Positions 54,446-64,000 of a stretch of DNA of 64,000 nucleotides are shown in pieces. Below the pieces are notes generated by a model. It was not told where the DNA came from. It ran no database searches and was given only the letters and a program-made list of their open reading frames with translations. The DNA is taken from contig OX597821.1 of NCBI GenBank assembly GCA_951406725.2, positions 13,392,001 through 13,456,000 on the forward strand, read 5' to 3'. The number at the start of each line of letters is the position of its first letter. The first letter of the stretch is position 1. This DNA is from Octopus vulgaris. Lineage: Eukaryota. The translations under genes and the position numbers were made by a program.

Positions 54446-54841
54446 AGGAGTGGCTGTGTGGTAAGTAGTTTGCTTACCAACCACATGGTTCCGGGTTCAG
54501 TCCCACTGCGTGGCACCTCGGGCAAGTGTCTTCTGCTATAGCCCCGGGCCGACCAATGCCTTGTGAGTGGATTTGGTAGACGGAAACTGAAAGAAGCCTG
54601 TCGTATATATGTATATATATATATATATGTATGTGTGTGTATATGTTTGTGTCTGTGTTTGTCCCTCTAGCATTACGTGCTGGTGTGTTTACCCCGTCAC
54701 TTAGCGGTTCGGCAAAAGAGACTGATAGAATAAGTACTGGGCTTACAAAGAATAAGTCCCGGGGTCGATTTGCTCGACTAAAGGCGGTGCTCCAGCATGG
54801 CCGCACTCAAATGACTGAAACAAGTAAAAGAGTAAAAGAGT
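54446..54841 (+). mobile_element. SINE-B, full length
   Basis: Family match. Confidence 0.9.
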
Positions 54842-55280
54842 AATGTGTGTGTGTGTGTGTGTGTGTAGTATGTATGGAAGATGATGATGACGTCGACGAT
54901 TATGATGACAATAATGATGCTGCTGCTGCTGTTGACGAGGACCATGATGGTAGTGGTGATAATGATATCTTCGTTCGCTCCAAGAGCCACGGGTGGTGAG
55001 ACTTCTCCAAGCGGTGATATTCTGAGCCAAACTGCAAATTTCTATTCAGGGGACACCCATCCCGGCAAAGTCTTCCCGTACAGCCTTCTGTCATGTCTAC
55101 ATCGGCCTGCGTATCGACGGCTCTCCTTCCAACAGCATGCGCAATACATGGCGAAGTAGCTTTCTTCGTCTAGCTATGATGATATTTTGCAGTATTACTT
55201 ACGCCAGCTCTTCTCGTGGTTTTTTTTTTATTTGTGATGTGGACTACGCCAGGTGATACACTGAAAAAATATCCTAAATA

Positions 55281-55327
<47 letters not shown>

Positions 55328-55360
55328 CAAACACATACTCACACACATATACATACACAC

Positions 55361-55411
<51 letters not shown>

Positions 55412-55416
55412 CATAT

Positions 55417-55473
<57 letters not shown>

Positions 55474-55478
<5 letters not shown>

Positions 55479-56292
55479 TTTGGGCAATATAATGGCAACA
55501 CCTTAAAATTGCAAACAAATTTATTTTAATATGGAGTAGGTCTGCCTTTGGCAATAATTACAGCTTCAATTCTACAAGGTATGGACTCCTAGAAAGTTTG
55601 AATTGTTTCCAAAGGAACTTTTGTCCATTCTTCAGCTAAAACAGTCTCCAGTTCTTGTAGTGATGATGGTGGAGGATATCGACTCCTTAATTCTTTTTCT
55701 AAAATGCACCTTACATATTCAATAATATTGAGATTTGGAGACTGCGGTGGCCAGATAAGATGTTCAACTTCACTAGAATGCTTCTTGTGCCAGTCAGTAA
55801 CAACTTCAACTGTGTGAATTGGTGCATTATCATCCTAAAAGATTGCGTTCCCACTGGAAACAGTTCCACAAAGATAGGATGAATTTGATCAGATAAAATG
55901 ATTAAATAGTCTTGACTATTAATTCTCCCATGAAGGGAAATCATTGGGCCAGTGGATTTCCAAGATATAGTCCCCCCAGATCATCACAGATCCTCCTCCA
56001 TGTTTAACAGTTGGAAGAAGGCAGTCTGGGTCAAATGCTTATTTTGGCTCTCTCCATATGTATACTCGACTGGTGGTCGGAAATAAGGTAAATGATAACT
56101 CGTCTGAGAAAATAACTTTCTTCCACTGCTCTAGGGACCAATTCTGTAGGTTTATACTCCAATATAATCGCTTTGCAACGTCTGCTTTTGAAAGTAGTGG
56201 TTTCCTGATTGCAGCCCTCCCGTGAAATCCGGCTTTCTGCAGTTGGGAGCTGCACAAAATTTTTGTAGAAACTGGGTTCTCGAGGTGGGCAC
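55474..56292 (-). mobile_element. Tc1-family transposase remnant with 3' TIR
   Basis: GFHGRAAIRKPLLS, WKKVIFSDE, TVKHGGGSVMIWG, DDNAPIH and WPPQSPNLNIIE motifs with stops and frameshifts; TIR-like end cacggtttgggcaatataatggcaacacc. Confidence 0.92.
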
Positions 56293-56459
56293 ATCCAAGT
56301 ACCTTAATCTTATCTACCAAATACTTCACTTCACTGAAGGGATGGAATTAAAGTGAAGTACTTTGACCTCTTGGCTGAAACAACTGTAAGAAACTATTCT
56401 GATTTCTATGTTCTACGTTTATTTTTTTAATAATTATTGGTATTTTTATATTCTTTTAT

Positions 56460-56638
56460 TCTTTTATTCTTTTAATTTGTTTCAGTCATTTGACTGTGGC
56501 CATGCTGGAGCACCGCCTTTAGTCGAGCAAATCGACCCCAGGACTTATTCTATTGGTCTCTCTTGCTGAACCGCTAAATGACGGGGACGTAAACACACCA
56601 GCGTCGGTTGTGCGGACAAAAACAGACACACAAACATA

Positions 56639-56714
<76 letters not shown>

Positions 56715-56866
56715 CGACGGGTTTCTTTCAGTTTCCGTCTACCAAATCCACTCACAAGGTTTTGGTCGGCCCGAGCTATAATAGAAGACACTTGCCCAAG
56801 GTGCCACGCAGTGGGACTGAACCCGGAACCATGTGGTTGGTAAGCAAGCTACTTACCACACAGCCA
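56460..56866 (-). mobile_element. SINE-B
   Basis: Family match. Confidence 0.9.
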
Positions 56867-57847
56867 TTCAACTTATGTTATACCTCTATGTATATTGTTA
56901 TAATTGTTTTTTTTAATAAATAAATAGATATAATATAATGTCTAAAAGTTGATGAATACCTACTCTTGATCACCTCCATTTTCTTATTGTCGTATAAATT
57001 AAGGGTAAAACAAACTTTTTACCCTCACCTATTTATTACATTCCGTAGTGTAATTTCCATGCAATGAAAAAACACTTGTGTATTAATAATTGGGTAGTCT
57101 ACCAGCAGTATATTGGATAGATATTATCCCTTAGTTGGTTGGACTGACCTCTAACTCTCTTGGAATAATATATGTGTGTGTGTGTGTGTGCATGTATGTT
57201 TGCATGTATGTATGTATGTATGTATGTATGAATGTATGTGTGTTTGTATTTAGGTATATATGTATGTATACGTACATACATATACATGCATGCATATATG
57301 CACGCATATATATATATACACATATGTATATAAGTATATATATGCATGCGTATATACAATGTATGTGTATACATTAGCAAAACAGCCTATTCCGAATATA
57401 TATTGCATACAGTAATCTTATATATTATATTCAGCAAACAAATATTTAGTTTCATTTTGAAAATACTATCCATGTGATAAATGCCAAGAGCTTTGGCAAG
57501 TTGAAATATGCAACGTATCAACTAGTTTCAGCAAGCATTAAAAACTCATCAGGGAATATTTAAATCGCTTTACAGGCCACCAAATGCAGTAAGTTAGCAG
57601 GTCATATGCCAAGTGTAAGAAACAATACAAACACAATGCGTTTTACAAAATGGTACACGATTTACGGCTGGTAATTGTTATCCGGAGTACAAGAAAAACT
57701 CTGTGTAGTTTGTTTCCTGAGGATAAATATATATTTATTGAGCATATTTTATATAACTTCTGTATATATTGTCTCTATTCGTAGGTGCATTGTACGGTCA
57801 GTATATATATGTGACTGAAACAAAAAATTAAAATATACGTATATTTT

Positions 57848-58190
57848 TATGCAGTAATATATGTCTGGAAGATCCTGGAAGGAATTGTTCCAAATTTTGG
57901 CATTGTAAGCTACACCAATGCTAGAACGGGACGACACTGCATAGTGCCAAAGATCCCAGCAATGCCATCACGCTTCAGGACCAGCTTCTGCAACAGCCTG
58001 GGTTTCAAGGGCCCACAGCTTTTTAATATTCTCCCAAAGAGTCTGAGAAACTTGCACAAAGTAGATGTAGGGTTTTTTAAATCAAAGCTGGACCTCTTCC
58101 TGTCGAGAGTCCCAGATAAGCCTACCTCGCGGCAAGAGGTGCAAATTAGGGTAGCTATATCAAGCTCCATTCTTCATCAAGTGCCACTGA
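57848..58190 (+). mobile_element. 3' fragment of a CR1/L2-group LINE ORF2
   Basis: YAVIYVWKILEGIVPNFG...NSLGFKGPQLFNILPKSLRNL...FFKSKLDLFLSRVPDKP is a typical post-RT terminus. Confidence 0.8.
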
Positions 58191-60449
58191 ACAGTCCTCA
58201 ATTCTACTCCACTCTCACTCAAAATATTGGCATGCTATGTTACTGGAAGATTAAGATACGTTATTATGATGAAGATTAGGAGAAAGATATCAATAACATC
58301 TACTAATTTTCTTCCGAAATACTAGGCTTTATACACACACGCGCACACACATAAAAACACACACAGCACACACACACTCACACATATATATATTATATGT
58401 ATATGCTTTTAGTTTTGTTAATAAAGGGATAATTGGAGGTTTGGTAAATTACCTAAGGTCCTATGTACTGATTGACACCGGTAAGATGAAAAGCAAAGTC
58501 GATGTGAATGGGAGATTAGAAGCACTACATGCCAAAAATGGAGTTCCCTTGTGAATACGTCGAGAAAATTGAAGAGGGTTCGTTAAGTGACTGACGAATT
58601 GTTTGTTGTTTAGCCCTAGGCCAGTACTGATCGAGTCGAGCAGAGCTATGATCAAAAACATTCCAGCCGTGTCCATCCTATCTTTTTAAGTATATATTTC
58701 GGAAAAAGTTTTTGTTTTTCGTTTTTTTTTTTTTTGTCTTATTTGCTTTTGTTTTTGTTTTTGCTTTCTGTTTTTTTAGGGCTTTCTGTTTTTGTGTTTT
58801 TTTAAGGCTGTATGTTGTGATTTCAAGGAGATTTTTTTTTTCTATACCATATCTAGCAAATCGATTGAACCCGTAGAGGCAGTCTCCCAAAGTTCAGTGT
58901 TACTCATGAATGGGGATGGCAGTTCCTTCTTGTCGGGGAGAATGGGGACTATGGGGCTACGAGAATTGAAACGGGGTCAGACAAATTGCCATGTTTATCA
59001 TAATTAAAATAGTTCCTGACTTTTTTTTTTTTCTGACTTGCCCAACTCCTTTACCGAAGAAAGAAGAAGAATATGGAATGGAAGCAAATTGTATATTGTC
59101 TTGTCATTATTAAAAGAAGGAGGTGACAAAAAATTTGACTAATATTTTAGTGTGTGGGGGTTGGAGAGCTGGTATTTATTTGTCAGTTGGCTCCAGTTGG
59201 CTCCTGGAGTGCGGTAGAGGAGGGATTTGGTGGTGGGGGGCGTAAAAATACGAAGTGTGAGGATCTAGAAATTGTGTCAATGACTGAGACTGAATGAATG
59301 GTTTCTACGTGAGGCCAAACAAACACCAGAGATGCAAGTAGTAGCAAGTAATCTGCTAACGTTATTTTTGGTTCTCCTCGTGTTCACCAAACCAAATTGG
59401 ATTATGTTGGTTTGAGGAACGGGAAGGAAGCTGAAGAAATGGGAGAGTAATATGACAACAGATAAAGAAAGAAATAAAGAAATAAAGAATTTATAAAATA
59501 AAATGAAAGTTTTAAGACTTTACGTCACCTTCGCTGCACAATGAACCGAGATATGTTGAGATTTACCTGAAAAATAAAACTTTTTTTAGCCTCTGGCTGT
59601 GTATAAATTTGCGTATCTATGTATACGTATATGCCTATATATGCATGTATGCATGTCTGTATGTATGTATATAAGTATTATGTGGGTAGGTAGGTAGGTA
59701 TGTGTATGTAGCTCTGTATGAATATGTGTACATATGTATGTATATGTGTGTACGCATGTGCATATGAATGTAAACATGTATGTATGTATGTCATTATGTA
59801 TGTATGCATATTTGTGTGAATGAGAATGTGCTGTGTATGTACGTGTGTTTGTGTATGTATGCCGGTTTGTATATATCATTGGATGTGTAAATTTATGTAT
59901 GAATGCAGGTATATGTGTGCATGTAAATGTGTATTTATGCAAAATTTCTACGCATCTGTAAATATGCATGTATATGTGTATATTATGTGTATATGTATAT
60001 GCGAATCCAAGAATGTATGTGTGTATGCAGAAATGTGCGCATCATATATGTACGTGTATACACACAAGTTTCTGTATGTGCGTATATATATATACATATA
60101 TATATGTGAGTGTGTATGTATATTTATACGTGTATATATATATTTGAGGGTGTGTGTATATACGTACGCATATGCCTATATGCCTATGTATATGTATACA
60201 TTTATGTAGATGTATGTATGCGTATGTGGCAATGAGAGCGGGAGAGGGTGTTTAGTGATTTTGTCATCGGCTTAAAGATATTTTTCATGTTCATGCATTT
60301 TGTGTATATATTATGAGGGATTCTACACATATGTATGTATATATATATGTGTGTGTGTGTGTGGATGGATGTGTATACGTGTGGCTTTGACAGCGTGCAT
60401 AAGTGGATGAATAAATGAGTTTTAGTCAGCTTGTCATCGGCTTAAGGTG

Positions 60450-60515
<66 letters not shown>

Positions 60516-60700
60516 ACGTGGGTGTGTGTGTGTGTGTGTTTGTGTATGTGTACGTGTGTGTTTGAGTCAGTATTCGTATGTATTGTGTTTGTATTAGTCA
60601 AAAATCTGCGCGCTCGGGTATGTATTTGTGTGCGTTGGAGGGGGTGTATGTGTGCGTATTTGTGCGGAAGAGAGAGAAAGAGGGAGAAAGAGAGACAGTT

Positions 60701-60736
<36 letters not shown>

Positions 60737-61239
60737 GGAAAAAGACAGGGTAGAGAGAGAGGGGGAGCAAATGAATAAGTGAATTAGTCAGAAAAGAATC
60801 TTTCGTTTAAGATGTCTTGCGAATCCATTCAAATGTGTATGTGTGTGTGTGTGAGGGAGGGAGAGAGAGAGAGAGAGAGAAACAGAAAAAGAGTGAGAGA
60901 GAAAGAGAGAGAGAGAGAAACAGAAAGAGAGTGAGAGAGAGAGAAAGAGAGAGAGAGAGAGTGATGGTGAACGTGCACGCGCGTCAATGTGTTTCTGAAC
61001 GTGTGTGAGTATGTATACTCGTGACAGCCAGTGTTTGTGTGTGCCTCTGTATATATTTGTGTGTGTGTGTGTGTGCTCAGCATTATATGTGTGTGTGTGT
61101 GTGGGGGGGGTGCTTCTGTGTATCTGTGTTTGCCATTGTGCTTATGTATTTGTGTATGGATGCATGCATATTTGTGTATGTGTGCGCGTGTTTGTATTTG
61201 TCATTCTGTGTTCTTGTGCATGTTCGTGTGTTTGAGTAT

Positions 61240-61595
61240 ACTCTTTACTCTTTTTTACTCTTTTACTCGTTTCAGTCATTTGACTGCGGCCATGCTGGAG
61301 CACCGCCTTTAATCGAGCAACTCGACCCCGGGACTTATTCTTTTTGTAAGCCCAGTACTCATTCTATCGGTCTCTTTTGCCGAACCGCTAAGTAACGGGG
61401 ACATAAACACACCAGCATCGGTTGTCAAGCAATGCTAGGGGGACAAACACAGACACACAAACACACACACGCATATATATATATATACATATATACGACG
61501 GGCTTCTTTTCAGTTTCCATCTACCAAATCCACTCACAAGGCTTCGGTCGGCCCGAGGCTATAGTAGAAGACACTTGACCAAGGTGCCACGCAGT
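61240..61595 (-). mobile_element. SINE-B, 5'-truncated
   Basis: Family match ending at gccacgcagt. Confidence 0.9.
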
Positions 61596-61776
61596 ATGTG
61601 TGTTTACGTGCACATATTTGTATCTATCATTGTGTGTATGTATGCTTGTGAACGCATGCGATTATATATATGTCTTGTATATATGCATGCTTTTGTATAT
61701 GTCTTGTATGGTATAATTGTACAAAAATGCGTGTGTGTCATTCCTTTTGTTGCTTGTTTGTATACAATATTTTTAT

Positions 61777-62105
61777 GTGAGGCGCAATGGCCCAGTGGTT
61801 AAGGCAGCGGACTCGCGGTCATAGGATCGCGGTTTCGATTCCCAAACCTGGCGTTGTGAGTATTTATTGAGCGAAAACACCTAAAAGCTCCACGAAGCTC
61901 CGGCAGGGGATGGTTGTGATCCCTGCTGTACTCTTTCACCACAACTTTCTCTCACTCTTACTTCCTGTTTCTGTTGTACCTGTATTTCAAGGGTACACGT
62001 GTCTGTGGAGTGCTCAGTCACTTACACGTTAATTTCACGAGCAGGCTGTTCCGTTGATTCGGATCAACCGGAACCCTCATCGTCGTAACCGACGAAGTGC
62101 TTCCA
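61777..62105 (+). mobile_element. SINE-C, tail type 1 with internal deletion
   Basis: Family match; TSD-like acaatattttt. Confidence 0.88.
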
Positions 62106-62347
62106 CTCCCACAATATTTTTACAGCATTGTATATAGGTGGATATATACAAAACATTAAAATGTTGGGGACAGCGAATATTCGTACAAAACTGCATCAAC
62201 AAATCGATACTAGCACTGGACTCGATCGTCAGACTTGTCTCTAACCAATTACAAGGAATGCAAATATGAAGGAGTGGGTTCATATCCGTTTTGTATATAT
62301 AGTGAAAGAGACAAACGCACGCATACAAATACACATATATATATAAA

Positions 62348-62742
62348 CTAGCAGTATCGCCCGGCGTTGCTCGGGTTTGTAAGGGAAATAACTATATAAG
62401 CATTTTTAGAGATGTAAAGTATAATAGCCATCTCAATATGGCTAACCACAAAGGGGGGTGTTACTGTAGCTTTTTACGTTTTGAGATTTAAAAATAAATC
62501 TTTAGAGAGTTACTTCCCTTATATATGCCAAAAATGCATTAAAAATGGGAAAAATTGATGGTAATTTTTTTTTTTAATCGTAGACTCATCGTAGACGCGC
62601 GCTAATACCCAGAAGGGCTCGATATGAATCACGACTATAAGATACCCGGTTTTGGTTACACTGCACCGCAAAATGTGGGAGTAGTTAGGAATCTAAATCG
62701 TAGGAGACAGACAGCACACAACCTCAATTTTATATATAAAGA
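62348..62742 (-). mobile_element. Non-autonomous Helitron
   Basis: Minus strand starts TCTTTATATATAA and ends with hairpin cccgagcaacgccggg followed by CTAG; inserted between A and T. Confidence 0.85.
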
Positions 62743-62899
62743 TGTGCGTGCGTGTGTGTCCATGTCTATGTATGTTATCGTCTGTACGTTTGTGTTCGTA
62801 GATATGTCTGTATGCGTGCTTATATGTATGTACCTGTCTATTTCTAGTTATTTGCGGATTTCCTGTAAGGAAAAATAAGGAGTAAGATCCAAAGTTCCG

Positions 62900-63118
62900 T
62901 TGTTGGAATGTTCATAACAAAAACAATGTTACATTTCGAACTGAGAAGTGTCTTGTATATTTTTATTGTTCCCCTCACAGACTGTGTTTGCAACGAACGT
63001 GTTAGTTGGTTGATTTCTTTTTCTGAAAAACTTAACCTTTCTAGAATGCCTTTATTCATAAAGTCAAGAGTACCTCTTATTATTGGTATAAATGTGAGTT
63101 TATAATCTGAGTATGCCT
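62900..63118 (-). mobile_element. C-terminal fragment of an RLE-type LINE
   Basis: YSDYKLTFIPIIRGTLDF...LERLSFSEKEINQLTRSLQTQSVRGTIKIYKTLL resembles the PIIIGALG..LQ..S..GT..I terminus. Confidence 0.6.
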
Positions 63119-63124
63119 GTATTG

Positions 63125-63311
63125 ATGTCAAATTTTGGCACAAGACCTGTAATTTCATCCCCAGGGTTCAACTGGTACTTATTTTATCGATCCCGAAAAG
63201 ATAAAAAGCAAAATCGACCCCAGCGCAGTTTGAACTCAGCACGTAACGATGGGTCAAACGCCACTAAGTATTTTGCCCGGTGTGCTAACGCTTCTGTCAC
63301 CTCGCCGCCTT
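63125..63311 (-). mobile_element. SINE-A
   Basis: Degenerate core and head. Confidence 0.75.
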
Positions 63312-63451
63312 GTTTACTCTAAATATTTTAGATAATTTGACTTTTTAATTTGAATATTTGTCACTTAACGTAGTTCTGAGACAGTTTGTGGTGTTAATTC
63401 CTCGTGTGTATGTCTATGTGTTTCTTCGTGTCTCTGTGTTCGTGTATGTAT

Positions 63452-63858
63452 ACTCTTTTACTCTTTTACTTGTTTCAGTCATTTGACTGCGGCCATGCTG
63501 GAGCACCGCCTTTAGTCGAGCAACTCGACCCCGGCACTTATTCTTTGTAAGGCCTGTACTTATTCTATCGGTCTCTTTTGCCGAACGTTAAGTGACGGGG
63601 ACATAAGCACACCAGCATCGGTTGTCAAGCAATGCTAGGGGGACAAACACAGACATACAAACACACACACATACATATATATATATATACATATATGCGA
63701 CGGGCTTCTTTCAGTTTCCATCTACCAAATCCACACATAAGGCATTGGTCGGCCCGAGCCTATAGTAGAAGACACTTGCCCAAGGTGCCACGCAGTGGGA
63801 CTGAACCCGGAACCATGTGGTTGGTAAACAAGGTACTTACCACACAGCCACTCCTGCG
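63452..63858 (-). mobile_element. SINE-B, full length
   Basis: Family match. Confidence 0.9.
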
Positions 63859-64000
63859 ACTGTATGTATATATAAAAAATATATGATGCATCTGTGTTTA
63901 TATATGTCTGTATATTTGTACTTGTGTCCTTTTTAAAACTTGTAAATCTACAGATTTCAGGTCAGAAAGCATGTGTAGACTTGTGTGTGTGTGTTTGTGC

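Noticed and set aside
60250-60455. Short direct repeat ttgtcatcggcttaa about 170 nt apart
   Set aside because: Small local duplication in a microsatellite-rich region with no further structure.

Overview
Eukaryotic, AT-rich, microsatellite-dense animal DNA. It is most likely an octopus, inferred from tRNA-headed SINE families that resemble described octopus SINEs; I cannot confirm this without a search. The only host coding sequence I can support is a 108-nt first coding exon of NOS1AP/CAPON (30698-30805, +), which the ORF track misses; the following 33 kb appears to be its intron. Nearly all listed ORFs are translations of microsatellites or SINEs. The rest is repeat: about 50 SINE copies in 4 families (my working labels A, B, C, E), fossil RLE-type (R4/Dong-like) and CR1-like LINE pieces, mariner and Tc1 remnants, a non-autonomous Helitron, a Helentron-type element, a 5S rRNA pseudogene and a 2.3-kb 45-bp satellite. 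The most notable observations are that the satellite appears to have grown from inside a SINE, that one SINE head carries three different tails, that a (GATA)n-embedded element shares its 3' end with SINE-A, that SINE-B orientation flips at the gene start, and that two Penelope-type hammerhead-like motifs are present. I found no convincing new protein-coding system. Repeat boundaries were read by eye and are approximate (about +/-10 nt).
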